Shown here: piece by piece, positions 41,409-52,840 of the stretch
Layout of the letters: each line of letters opens with the position of its first letter
Position numbering within the stretch: position 1 is the first letter of the stretch
The notes under the pieces: model-generated
Told to the model about the DNA's origin: nothing
Database searches by the model: none
Seen by the model: only the letters and a program-made list of their open reading frames with translations
Source: an uncultured Planctomycetota bacterium
GTDB taxonomy: Bacteria; Planctomycetota; Planctomycetia; Gemmatales; Gemmataceae
DNA: 64,000 nt
Direction of reading: 5' to 3'
NCBI GenBank assembly: GCA_963849325.1
Contig: CAWKHF010000002.1
Coordinates: forward strand, 909,026 to 973,025
Program-made: the position numbers and the translations under genes

Positions 41409-42776
41409 ATGCATCGACGCGACCTGCTCAAATGGACCGGACTCGGCGCCGGCGCCGTCGGCTTGCCCTGGCTGATGGCTCCGTCGCTGGGATCGTCTCG
41501 ACAACCCGCACCCGCCGCGCCGTCTCCGCCCGCCGCCGACAAGAAAGGGGCGCCGCTGCGAATCACCGACATCAAGACCATCCTGACGGCGCCGGCGAAA
41601 ATCCGCCTCGTCGTCGTCAAGGTCCAGACCAGTGAGCCGGGCCTGTACGGACTCGGCTGCGCCACCTTCACGCAGCGGCCGCGCGTCGTGGAGACGGCCG
41701 TGGACAAGTACCTCAAGCCGTTCCTCGTCGGCAAGGATGCCCTGCAAATCGAGGACATCTGGCAATCCTCGTTCGTGTCCTCGTACTGGCGCAACGGCCC
41801 GGTGCTGGGCAACGCCCTCAGCGGCGTGGACATGGCCCTGTGGGACATCCTCGGCAAGCGTGCCGGCATGCCGGTGTACCAACTGCTCGGCGGCAAATGT
41901 CGCAAGGCCGTGGACGTCTATCGCCACGCCAGCGGCGCCACCTTTGAGGAGGTCGAGACGAACGTCCGCCGTTACCGCGAGCAGGGCTACCGACACATCC
42001 GCGCCCAGGTGGCCGTCCCCGGTTATGCGACCTACGGCACCACCATCAAGCCCGGTAAGGAGAACGGCCCCGTCAATCGCCGGCCGCAAACGTGGGAACC
42101 CAGTTACTACGCACGCACCGTACCTAAGCTCTTCGAGCACCTCCGCAAACAGCTCGGCGACGAGGTCGAGCTGCTGCACGACATGCACGAGCGTCTTCCG
42201 CCGATCCTCGCCCTGCAGCTGGCCAAGGACCTCGAACCGTATCGCCTGTTCTTCCTCGAAGACCCGTTCAGTCCCGAGGACGTCGGTTACTTCGGACACT
42301 TGCGTAAGCAGACGACGACGCCGATCGCCATGGGCGAGCTGTTCAACAACCCCAACGAATGGCTGCCGCTGGTGACGGGCCGACTGATCGACTTCATCCG
42401 CATCCACATCTCGCAGGTGGGCGGTCTGACGATGGCGCGCAAGATCGCGGCCCTGTGCGAGTTCTTCGCCGTTCGCACCGCCTGGCACGGGCCCGGCGAC
42501 GTGTCGCCGGTCGGCCACGCCGCCAACGTCCATCTGGACCTGGCCTGTCCCAATTTCGGCATTCAGGAGGCCCGCGATTTCACGCCGGCCGAGCAGGACG
42601 TGTTCCCCGGCTGTCCGACGCTGAAAGACGGCTACTACTGGGCCAACGACAAGCCGGGCCTGGGCATCGACCTCGACGAGAAGTTGGCGGCGAAGTTTCC
42701 CATCAACGACGATCCGCCGTTCGACATGAACTGGGGCAACCTCCGCCGACGCGATGGCACGGTGGTCAAGCCGTAA
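41409..42776 (+). CDS. RspA/mannonate-dehydratase-like enolase superfamily protein with Tat-like signal
   Basis: MHRRDLLKW; YWRNGPV, DMALWDI, LLHDMHER, FFLEDP, MGELF, WHGPGD. Confidence 0.88.
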   Translation: MHRRDLLKWTGLGAGAVGLPWLMAPSLGSSRQPAPAAPSPPAADKKGAPLRITDIKTILTAPAKIRLVVVKVQTSEPGLYGLGCATFTQRPRVVETAVDKYLKPFLVGKDALQIEDIWQSSFVSSYWRNGPVLGNALSGVDMALWDILGKRAGMPVYQLLGGKCRKAVDVYRHASGATFEEVETNVRRYREQGYRHIRAQVAVPGYATYGTTIKPGKENGPVNRRPQTWEPSYYARTVPKLFEHLRKQLGDEVELLHDMHERLPPILALQLAKDLEPYRLFFLEDPFSPEDVGYFGHLRKQTTTPIAMGELFNNPNEWLPLVTGRLIDFIRIHISQVGGLTMARKIAALCEFFAVRTAWHGPGDVSPVGHAANVHLDLACPNFGIQEARDFTPAEQDVFPGCPTLKDGYYWANDKPGLGIDLDEKLAAKFPINDDPPFDMNWGNLRRRDGTVVKP

Positions 42777-42884
42777 CGATCCGAGCCGCGACCGTTAGGG
42801 AGCGAGGGAAACCGCTCGCTAACGCTCGCGGCTCGGTCTTATCTCCGTAACGATCCGAGCCGCGACCGTTAGGGAGCGAGGGAA
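42771..42884. repeat. REP palindrome plus 40-bp direct duplication
   Basis: CCGTAACGATCCGAGCCGCGACCGTTAGGGAGCGAGGGAA at 42771-42810 and 42845-42884; same family as 40961. Confidence 0.88.
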
Positions 42885-42886
42885 CC

Positions 42887-43480
42887 TTATCTCTCGACGG
42901 CGCTGAAGCTGGCCACGCACCATTTATCGCCTTCCTTGACGACGCGCACGCTGTAGGAACTGTCCTGGCGCGGCACGCCCCGGTATTGCAGCTTGCCGCG
43001 ACCGAGAAATTCGTCCTGGCCGGGCACCGCCTCGAAACTGGTCAGCGGGCCGCAGGTGTAGCCGTTCGCCTCGCCGCGAAAACGGCCGTTGGCGAACACC
43101 TCGATCGCCTTGGTCCCGCCCTTCTTGTCGCGGAAGTCCTTGGAGCCTTCCGCGTTGGCGGCGTCGGCGTTGCGGCTGTTGACGGACTCCAGAAAGACTT
43201 GAGCCGTCAGGCGGGCCGCTTTCCAATGGGCGGCCGCGGCGCCGTCGTCGGACTCCTTCTGCCGGGTGGCCGCGGAGCCTCGTCGGGCTTCGTCCAGCGC
43301 CTTGCGCACCTGGGCCAGTTCGGCCTGACATTCGGCCAGCCGTTGCGATGCTTCCGTCTCGGCTCGGCGCGCCTTGTCCGTCTCGACGGCGGGGTTGCCG
43401 CAACCCGACACAGCCCAAACGACGAGGCCGCCGAGGACAACGGCCGTGAGATGGCGAACTCGCCTGGCGATGAGGATCAT
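42887..43480 (-). CDS. Hypothetical lipoprotein
   Basis: Hydrophobic signal with VSGC lipobox, coiled coil, C-terminal VVKEGDKW. Confidence 0.65.
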   Translation of the reverse strand: MILIARRVRHLTAVVLGGLVVWAVSGCGNPAVETDKARRAETEASQRLAECQAELAQVRKALDEARRGSAATRQKESDDGAAAAHWKAARLTAQVFLESVNSRNADAANAEGSKDFRDKKGGTKAIEVFANGRFRGEANGYTCGPLTSFEAVPGQDEFLGRGKLQYRGVPRQDSSYSVRVVKEGDKWCVASFSAVER

Positions 43481-43606
43481 GCTCGGACCTCGCAACAACG
43501 GAGAAGAAATGCTCGGAAGCCCCGACAAGATGTTACCACGCCGTCTGGCAATGCGACAGGCCCACGGGCGAACTCCCGTGGGCCTGTCCGATGGCTCGCC
43601 GGATCG

Positions 43607-44800
43607 TTACTTCGATCCGCCCTGGTGTTGGTCCCACCAGTGACGCCAGGCGGCGGATGCGGACGCTCGACCACGCCGGCCCGCCTCCTCATCGGGGCCG
43701 AAGTCCTCGCCGGTCAACTCCGTCAACGCTCGCCGCGCCGCCTGGATGACCGCGACTTCCGGGTCGTCCAGCAGATGCAGCAAGTCGGGAATGTGCTCGG
43801 CCGCCTTTTTGTGTCCGCAAGCCGAGGCGGCGGCGCGACGCACCTCGACGTTGTCGTCCTGCATCTTGTCGCGCAGCGTCGTCGCCTTCATGCGCGTCAG
43901 CCGCTGCGCCAACGCCTCGCGTGTCTCGCGCCGCTCGGAGTTGGTCAGTTTGGGGATGGCCAGGGCGAGGGCGTCGGTGTGGTCGTTGCCCTTGGTATCG
44001 CGCAGACGCTCCAGGACTTTCGTGCGTTCGTTGCCCTTGGCCTTCAGCAGTTCGTCGCACAGGCGTGTCACATCGGGCGTGGCGGTTTGCATCTCGCGGT
44101 TGCCGTGTCCGAGGACGGTCTGGACGGCTTGGAGGGGGTCGATCTTGGCCGGCCGCGTCGCCACATCGCCCTTGACCAGCGTGTCCGGCGAAGCACCCTG
44201 TTGCAGGGCCAGCCAGTGTCGCCATTTCTCGACGGAACGCGCGATGCCTGTCTGCGAGGCGCCGGGGATAGGGCCGAAGTCGGTGCCGCGAGCGATGCGC
44301 ACCAGGGCACGATGCGCTGCCTCGTGGACGACCGGATGAGGATCACCCAGCCGCTCGATAAGATCGTTCTCCAGATGGAGGTGGCGACGGCCGATCATGG
44401 AGATCGCCAGTAAACGGACCAGAGGGATCTTATCGCTGACTTGCTTCTGCAAGATCTCCGGTTTCTCCGTGGGTAATCGGCTGAGGAAGAGATTCAGCGA
44501 CGACTGCTGGAACAATTTGGCCGTCAGCAACTTCTCTCCAACCTCCAGTAGTGCATCTTCCAGAGCTTCTCGCCGAGCTTCTTTCTGACTTTGGATTTCT
44601 CGCTCTAACATCCGTGACAGCACCAGCGAGCCGCACGTCTGGGCTATTTGGGTGCGTAGGGACTGGATCCTGCTGTCGAATCCTCTGTCACCCCCCGATC
44701 TTGCCGGAGGGAGATTGGCTCCAAGAGAAGTTACCGTGTAAGGTGCGAGTTCAGGAGCAGCCTGGACCAGGCTGGTGAGCCTTTGGCTCAATCCGGCCAT
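43607..44800 (-). CDS. HEAT-repeat protein
   Basis: Repeated D.DP.VR.AA..AL motifs; C-terminal LTGEDFG..W..WW. Confidence 0.75.
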   Translation of the reverse strand: MAGLSQRLTSLVQAAPELAPYTVTSLGANLPPARSGGDRGFDSRIQSLRTQIAQTCGSLVLSRMLEREIQSQKEARREALEDALLEVGEKLLTAKLFQQSSLNLFLSRLPTEKPEILQKQVSDKIPLVRLLAISMIGRRHLHLENDLIERLGDPHPVVHEAAHRALVRIARGTDFGPIPGASQTGIARSVEKWRHWLALQQGASPDTLVKGDVATRPAKIDPLQAVQTVLGHGNREMQTATPDVTRLCDELLKAKGNERTKVLERLRDTKGNDHTDALALAIPKLTNSERRETREALAQRLTRMKATTLRDKMQDDNVEVRRAAASACGHKKAAEHIPDLLHLLDDPEVAVIQAARRALTELTGEDFGPDEEAGRRGRASASAAWRHWWDQHQGGSK

Positions 44801-44803
44801 CGG

Positions 44804-46245
44804 TCAGCAGAAGCCGATTTGATTGGCGACTACAAAGTTGATGCCCTCTACCAAGGCCGGCACGGATTCGGAGCCTAGCAGTTTCAGCACATTGTCCGCG
44901 GGGGATGCGGAGTGAGGATTCAGCATCTTGGCCGTGATGTAGAACATCACCAACTGTTGGGCGCGAGCCTGGATGATCGGATCGGTAAGTGCCGGGTGTA
45001 CCTGGAGAGCGGTTTGAGTAAGTTGTAAGGTGGCTTGAGCAGCTATCCTCGCTTCCATTTGCCGCTGCACGTCTTTCATGACGCGCTGGGCATGTACGAT
45101 CGTTTCCGTCTTCTTGCGTTCGATCCGGGCGATGACCATCGCCACGACCAATCGCACTTGAGGATCTTCGTCCTCCAGGACGCGGGTGAGCATGGGTATG
45201 GCTGGTTCCGCTTTTGGTCCCAACTCGGCCAAGATCAACGCCGCCTTCGATCGCACTTGCGGATCTTTGTCCCGCATGGCCTTCACCAGGCCGGCTAGAT
45301 CCTGCGCGGGTTTGGCCGCCACCTGTGCCATCGCCACCGGCACCGCCCAGCGCCCCTTGCGATCGGCCTGCCGGACCTTTTGCAGAAGATCCGGAACACC
45401 CGCCGATGTGAGCAACACCAGCGCCGTGACAGCCTCCGATTGAACGTCGAGTTTTTTATCGTTGAGAGCGGAGAGCAGTTCCGGCACGGCATCCGCCCCA
45501 TCGAGTTCCATCTTGCCCAGCGCTTCCGCGGCCACGGCGCGGAGGCGGTGATCCTCGTCCTTCATGGCGTGCCGCAGAGTTGGCACCGCCTTCTTGGCCT
45601 GGCGCCCAAACAGGGCGATCGTCTTGATCGCATCTAGTCGCACGTCAACCTTGTCTTCGCCCAGGGCATCGCACAATGGCTCGACCGCGGCGGGTCCAAT
45701 CGACGCCAGAGCCAGCCGCACGTGTTCGCGCACGCGGGCACTGGGATCGTGGAACAGCCGTGCCAAATGAGGCGCCGCTTCCTTGCCCTCGACGCCCATC
45801 TCGCCCAACGCATCGATTACCGCCAGGCGCACGTCCGCATGACTATCCTTCAGCGCCGCGATCAGCGCCGGCACCGCCTCCTTGGCGTCCGGACCCGCTT
45901 GCTTGAGCGCATGAGCCGCCCGAGTGCGAACGTCGGCGTCGCGGTCCTGGAGCGCCTTGACCAGCTCGCCGACGGCCGGCGTGCCAATCTGTCCCAGCGC
46001 CTTGCCGGCGCTGCCGCGGACCTGGGCGAAGTTATCGCGCAGCGCTTGGCCAGCGCCGGTACGGCATCGCGTGCGGCCAGGCCGAGGTTGCCCAACTGCC
46101 GAGCGGCGTGTTGGCGGACATGGAAATCGTTGCTGGAAAGCTGCCGGATGAGATCGGGAATGGTCGTGGGGTGTTGCTCCCCACCGGCCGCGACGCATAC
46201 ATTCGCGACGGCCAGAACCACCCCCAGCGCGACGAGACGACGCAT
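44804..46245 (-). CDS. Secreted HEAT-repeat protein (frameshift near 46045)
   Basis: Signal peptide; many AVPALIAALKD..VR..A..ALG repeats. Confidence 0.85.
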
Positions 46246-46363
46246 GGAGGGAACTCCTGGAGCGATCACCTCTCTTCCCCCTTCAGATTAGGCATGGCCC
46301 CCGCAACAACGCAAGCACAAAATGAAATTCTTTTCATCCTCTCGGCGTTTCCAGGCGCCAGCG

Positions 46364-47003
46364 TCATGGCGACAGCCGTTCGATGCGCCAGCCGGCGGGC
46401 TGGATGCACTGATAGCGCAGGCGGTCGTGCAGGCGGTCGGGCCGTCCCTGCCAGAACTCGATTGCCGCAGGCCGGACGCGAAAGCCGCCCCAGAACGGCG
46501 GCCGCGGCACCTGGCCGTCCGGGAAGCGTCGCGCCAGCTTCGCGCACGCGGTCTTCGAGCACGTCGCGGCTGGGGATGACCTCGCTCTGCCGCGAGGCCC
46601 AGGCGCCGAGCCGGCTGCCCAGCGGCCGGCTGACGAAGTAAGCGTCCGATTCAGACTCGCTGACACGCTCGACCGTGCCCTCGATGCGCACCTGCCGCTG
46701 CAACTCCGGCCAGAAGAACAGCAGCGCCGCCTGCGGGTTGGCCGTCAGCTCGCGTCCCTTGCGGCCGTCGTAGTTGGTGAAGAACGTGAAGCCGGCCTCG
46801 TCGAACGCCTTGAGCAGGACCACCCGCGCCGCCGGTCGGCCGTCCGGCGGCGCCGTCGCCAGTGTCATGGCGTTCGGCTCCGGCAGCTGGGCCGCCAGCG
46901 CCTGCTCGAACCACGTCCGAAACTGCCGGATTGGGTCGGCATCGACGTCGGCCTCCGACAAGCCGCTCCACAGGTATTCTTTACGCATATCGCCGATCTG
47001 CAT
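46364..47003 (-). CDS. pdxH: Pyridoxamine 5'-phosphate oxidase (frameshift near 46530)
   Basis: [55 protein letters not shown]. Confidence 0.95.
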
Positions 47004-47080
47004 TGTACTTTCCTCCTCAACGACGGTCGGCCTCTCCCTCCTTTGTATCATGGTAGCAGGCGGGCGGCGGTTGCTCCGAT

Positions 47081-47123
47081 CCCCCTCACCCCCAACCCCT
47101 CTCCCCCGAAGCGGGGGAGAGGG
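47081..47123. repeat. REP-like palindrome
   Basis: CCCCTCACCCCCAACCCCTCTCCCCCGAAGCGGGGGAGAGGGG. Confidence 0.75.
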
Positions 47124-47147
47124 GAGGAAGAAAACGAGGTTGCTTCG

Positions 47148-48062
47148 ATGCCGCGTATCGTCTCCCTCATCGCCAGCGCCACCGAGATCGTCTGTACACT
47201 CGGCTTCGAGGACCAGCTCGTCGGCCGTTCGCACGAGTGCGACTATCCCGCGTCGGTCCAGCGCCTGCCCGTCTGCACCCAACCGAAGTTCGACCCCGAT
47301 GGGACCAGCTACGAGATTGACCAGCGCGTCAAGGCGATCGTGCAGGAGGGACTGTCGGTCTACCGCGTCGATGGCGAAAAACTGCGTGAACTGGAGCCGG
47401 ACGTTATCGTCACGCAGTCACATTGCGAGGTGTGCGCCGTCAGTCTGCGCGACGTGGAGCGGGCCGTCTGCGCCTGGCTGCGCGCCTGTCCCAAACTCGT
47501 CTCGCTGGCGCCCAACGGCCTGGCCGACGTGTGGACGAGCATCGAGCAGGTCGCCGACGCCTTGCAGATCCGCGAGCGCGGCTCCGAAGTCATCCGGGAT
47601 TTGCAGGCGCGGATGCGGACGATCGCGGAGCGGGCGCACGACGTGGCGGATCGGCCGCGCGTGGCCTGCATCGAGTGGATCGATCCGCTCATGGCGGCCG
47701 GCAACTGGATGCCGGAGATGGTCGAGATGGCCGGCGGCGCCAACGTCTTCGGCATCGCCGGCACGCATTCGCCGTGGATGACGTGGGAACAACTCTGCGC
47801 CGCCGATCCCAACGTCCTGATCCTGCTGCCGTGCGGTTTCGACATCGCGCGGACGCGCCGCGATCTGCCCATGCTGGCGAATCGACCGGAGTGGCCAAAC
47901 CTGCGGGCCGTGCGCGGCAGGCGTGTCTTCCTCGCGGACGGCAATCAATATTTCAACCGGCCCGGCCCGCGTTTGGTCGAATCGCTGGAGATCCTCGCGG
48001 AATTACTGCACCCGAAGACGTTCGCGTTCGGTCACGAAGGAACGGCGTGGCAACGTCCGTAA
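47148..48062 (+). CDS. BtuF-like cobalamin/iron-chelate binding protein
   Basis: [47 protein letters not shown]. Confidence 0.85.
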   Translation: MPRIVSLIASATEIVCTLGFEDQLVGRSHECDYPASVQRLPVCTQPKFDPDGTSYEIDQRVKAIVQEGLSVYRVDGEKLRELEPDVIVTQSHCEVCAVSLRDVERAVCAWLRACPKLVSLAPNGLADVWTSIEQVADALQIRERGSEVIRDLQARMRTIAERAHDVADRPRVACIEWIDPLMAAGNWMPEMVEMAGGANVFGIAGTHSPWMTWEQLCAADPNVLILLPCGFDIARTRRDLPMLANRPEWPNLRAVRGRRVFLADGNQYFNRPGPRLVESLEILAELLHPKTFAFGHEGTAWQRP

Positions 48063-48070
48063 GCCCATCC

Positions 48071-48137
48071 GAGCCTGAAGCGTAAGCGAAGAAACGACAA
48101 CCTTCGGTTGTCGTTTCTTCGCTTACGCTTCAGGCTC
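48071..48137. repeat. REP-like palindrome
   Basis: GAGCCTGAAGCGTAAGCGAAGA...TCTTCGCTTACGCTTCAGGCTC. Confidence 0.9.
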
Positions 48138-48263
48138 TGTAGACGCTCCGTCCACCCTACCCCCTCTTCATCCTCACGTCCGTCCGCAATTGTCGCTTAC
48201 ACGATGACGGCCCTCCTCGAAGGGCCCTCGTCCTGTCCCGCACTCACTTCCAGGAGACCGCAG

Positions 48264-48473
48264 GTGAACATCTATCAGATCGTGGACGTTCGCACAGGCG
48301 AAGTCATGGCCTCGCTTCGTGCCGCCAACCGGCGCGAGGCGGCCGAAAAGGCAATCCACGCGGGCCGAAGCCATTTCCGCGTCCGCTGTGTCGCCGCCTG
48401 GGTTCCGCAGACCAAGCACCAGGCGGAGGCCAATGAAAGTCTCGGCGCCGCGATGTCCGCAAACATCGCTTAA
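48264..48473 (+). CDS. Small hypothetical protein
   Basis: AGGAG RBS, GTG start, (M)NIYQIVDVRTGEVMASL... Confidence 0.5.
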   Translation: MNIYQIVDVRTGEVMASLRAANRREAAEKAIHAGRSHFRVRCVAAWVPQTKHQAEANESLGAAMSANIA

Positions 48474-48582
48474 TTACGAACCAACCTGACCGGCCTCGGG
48501 GTGTTCCCGAAGGGCCGGCTTTCGTGAATGGGTATTTCGATCCGGTTTCTCTCTGTCGCTTCCCTGAAAGGAGCACCCTACC

Positions 48583-49149
48583 ATGCGTAAGCTCGTTTCC
48601 GCTCTGCTGACAACCACCGTGGCCCTGACCAGCCTGGCCTATGCCGCTGCCCAGACCGGCCCGACCGGCCCCCCGAGTGGCGGCCCGAGCGCTCAGCCGG
48701 CTCCCGCCGCCGCCAATGGCTTGTCGGAGACCGAACTGCTGAGCTACCTTCGTACCCTCGACCCCAACGTCAAGATGACCAAGAGCCAGGACGGCAAGGC
48801 GACGATGTACCAGCTGACACTGCGCCGCGGCGATTGGCAGTATCAGATCGTGCTGGTCTTGCGGGAAGGCACCCTCGACATCATCGCCCCGCTGGGCAAT
48901 CCGATTGCGAACGTCCAGTCGATTCCGGCCCAGGCGCTGGCCGGACTGTTGCAGGCGAGCTGGAACTTCGCCCCGGCTCAGTTCTCGCTCATCAAGCAGA
49001 ACGACGGCCGGATGCAGCTGGTCTTCTCCTTCATGCTGTCCCGCGCCGGCCTGACCACGGCGCGCCTGGGTCAGATTCTCAATGGCTTCTGCGACGCGGT
49101 GCGCGAGACCTATCCGCTCTGGAACGCGGTCCTCAGCGCCAGCAAGTAA
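48583..49149 (+). CDS. Secreted hypothetical protein (possible YbjN/chaperone-like fold)
   Basis: AAGGAG RBS, signal peptide, LAGLLQASW..APAQF, VRETYPLW. Confidence 0.65.
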   Translation: MRKLVSALLTTTVALTSLAYAAAQTGPTGPPSGGPSAQPAPAAANGLSETELLSYLRTLDPNVKMTKSQDGKATMYQLTLRRGDWQYQIVLVLREGTLDIIAPLGNPIANVQSIPAQALAGLLQASWNFAPAQFSLIKQNDGRMQLVFSFMLSRAGLTTARLGQILNGFCDAVRETYPLWNAVLSASK

Positions 49150-49168
49150 GCGCTTGTCCTCCGATTAT

Positions 49169-49240
49169 CTCGTTTAGCCGCGACGCGCAGCGGAGCGCGG
49201 GAGTATTCCCGCGCTCCGCTGCGCGTCGCGGCTAAACGAG
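49169..49240. repeat. REP-like palindrome
   Basis: CTCGTTTAGCCGCGACGCGCAGCGGAGCGCGGGA...TCCCGCGCTCCGCTGCGCGTCGCGGCTAAACGAG. Confidence 0.9.
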
Positions 49241-49281
49241 GAGTTCATTTCTTTCCGCTGCCCAGCAGCAAGGAGTGTCCG

Positions 49282-50119
49282 ATGCACGTTTTCGTCCAGG
49301 GTCGCAAGCACACCGTGCTCGTCTCGGTCGCGCTGGCACTCATCCTGACCGGCCGCGTCTCCGCTCAGACCGGGCCGATCAAGGGCAACCTGCACGTGGT
49401 CTCCGTCGGCGTCGATAATCCGACGTATGGCGACACGAACCAACCGCTGCGCGGCGCCGCCAAGGACGCCGAGGCCGAGGCCCGCTTCTGGGCCACCCAG
49501 CAAGGGAAGCTCTTCCATCAGGTCCACGTCGCGCCGGCCCTCACCAACGAGAGCGCGACCCGTCAAGCGGTGCTGGCCAACCTCGATCGATTGATCGAGT
49601 CGGCCCAGCCCGGCGATACCGTGGTGGTGGCGCTGTCCGGACATGGTGGGATCGATCCCCGGACGGGACAATATGCCTACTGCGCCTATGACGTGCCCGT
49701 CTCCGCCGCCGAGCTGCGCGAGCGCGTCGAGAAGTTGGCCCGGAAGGGCGTGCGCGTCCTCCTGATCGTCGATACGTGCCATGCCGGGGCCATCGGCATC
49801 CACGGCGACAACATCATCGTCCTGGCGGCGTGCGCCGCCGATGAATACGCCGCCGACGGGCCGAGCAATGGGTTGTACACCCAGGTCCTTCTCACCGGGT
49901 TGAATGGCGCCGCCGATGCCAACAAGGACGGCATCATCACTTTGGCCGAGCTGGATGTCTATGTGGCGACGCAGATGGAAAAGGCCCGCTGCACGCAATG
50001 TCCGACCTGCGGCCGGCCCGCCAACATCCGCAGCAATCTGCCGCTGGCGACGGTCGGCGACTCCTTCCACCACTCCGAGCAACGGAGGAGGAACGGGACC
50101 AATCCATCCACAGCAATAA
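49282..50119 (+). CDS. Secreted caspase-family (peptidase C14) protein (probable frameshift near 50060)
   Basis: Signal peptide; LRGAAKDA, SGHG, IVDTCHAG dyad; ADANKDGIITLAEL. Confidence 0.85.
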
Positions 50120-50168
50120 CCGTCTCTTTGGGTCAGCGGGACATCCCGCTGGCCCTTTTTTGTCGCGG

Positions 50169-50582
50169 TTACTTGCCGACGACGGAATCGAAGACGCGCA
50201 CCTTCTTCCAGTTGTCCTTGTTTTCCTCGATGAATTGCTGGTGTCGCTTGGCGTCCTGGTACTTGTCGTGGGACGCCTTGTCCTTGAAGACGATGTGCAG
50301 GGCCACGTCGAAGTCGCGGTCGTTGACCTCGCGGTTGAGGTCTTCGGCGCGCGTGCCGGCGGCGAAGAAAACCTCGCCGGGATGCTTCGACAGATAGCTC
50401 TTGCAGGCGTCCACGAGCTTCTGTCGGGTCGCCGCCGAATTGTCCTTGAGCGCGAAATAGACGTCGTGGGACAGCATGGAACCGGAATCCTCCGCCGCGT
50501 CCGTCCGGCCTCGATCGTGAAGGGCGAACCACGCCGCGACGGCCAGGCCAAGGACGACACCGCACGCCAGTTGTTTCCGCAT
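50169..50582 (-). CDS. Dabb (stress-responsive A/B barrel) protein with signal peptide
   Basis: HDVYFALK, DFDVAL, HDKYQ..H..F, VRVFD. Confidence 0.85.
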   Translation of the reverse strand: MRKQLACGVVLGLAVAAWFALHDRGRTDAAEDSGSMLSHDVYFALKDNSAATRQKLVDACKSYLSKHPGEVFFAAGTRAEDLNREVNDRDFDVALHIVFKDKASHDKYQDAKRHQQFIEENKDNWKKVRVFDSVVGK

Positions 50583-50675
50583 GATCCTCTCCTTTCACCC
50601 GGATGGGGGTGCTCGATGTTCCTGGTGTAGCCGGGCGCGCGGCATCGACAAGAGGAACGGTCCGGAAGGAGGGAA

Positions 50676-50979
50676 TGCTGGAGGAGGGACTCGAACCCTC
50701 ACGAGGCTTTCGCCTCTTCGGATTTTCGTACCACTATGGCTTTCGCCACCCTTGCGGTTTGTGGTCTGGACTTTCCCTTGGCCGTGGGTTTTCCCTTTAG
50801 GCCTCAGCCGCCAAGTCTCTACACCTTCTCCGGCCGCAACGGCCGGAGTTTGGCTCGGGATTGCCACCACCTTGACGTGAGAGGTTCCCCCGACTTCGAC
50901 TGAATTCACGCGGAGGGTTTCCCACTCCGGTGCTCAAATGGCTCAAGTCCGATGCGTCTGCCGATTCCGCCACTCCAGC
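50676..50979 (-). tRNA. tRNA-Leu(UAA), intron-containing (exons 50979-50945 and 50726-50676)
   Basis: Acceptor GCTGGAG/CTCCAGC-A, D-arm GGCGGAATCGGCAGACGC, spliced anticodon arm TCGGA-CTTAAAA-TCCGA, long variable arm, GTTCGAGTC. Confidence 0.93.
50727..50944 (-). ncRNA. Group I intron (218 nt) in tRNA-Leu anticodon
   Basis: 5' splice after U, terminal G; Q-like AATCCCGAGCC, R-like GTAGAGACTT, S-like AAGGGAAAGTCC; IGS GAG in TTTGAGC. Confidence 0.9.
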
Positions 50980-50995
50980 GGCGGATTCACTCTAG

Positions 50996-52499
<1,504 letters not shown>

Positions 52500-52701
52500 T
52501 CCGGTCGATGGTACGCTTCGATCCGCCGGCCCGCGGCGCGAGCAGGAGATTTCGCTCCTGCCTGCGCCGCGGGCTGCTTTTTTCCCGCGGCGTGACGGGC
52601 GGTTTCCGGTGACTCGTCCCGTCACGCCGCCTGTCCATGTGTACAATTACGTTTGCCGGAGATTTCGGGAACCGTACCTAGGGACGGGAGGCTCTATCCT
52701 T

Positions 52702-52771
52702 ATGGCGAGCGGAAGGCGTCAGCCCCTGTTATTTCCATCGGGGACAGACGGCTGACATCTCCGCTCGCCAT
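52702..52771. repeat. Degenerate REP-like palindrome
   Basis: ATGGCGAGCGGA..GTCAGCC...GGCTGAC..TCCGCTCGCCAT. Confidence 0.7.
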
Positions 52772-52840
52772 TTGATTTGATGTCTCACCAACCGAACAGG
52801 ACGGAGTTGTCGCTCCTGGTTTTCAAGGAATCAATCCGTT

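Noticed and set aside
42771-42884. CRISPR mini-array from the 40-bp direct repeat
   Set aside because: Only two copies, the spacer is the palindromic arm of a REP family seen elsewhere, and no cas genes are present
50119-50397. Long caspase C-terminus overlapping the Dabb gene antisense
   Set aside because: Better explained by a frameshift near 50060 restoring a stop at 50119
48000-50676. Genomic island integrated at the tRNA-Leu 3' end
   Set aside because: No integrase and no duplicated tRNA 3' end recognised in the window
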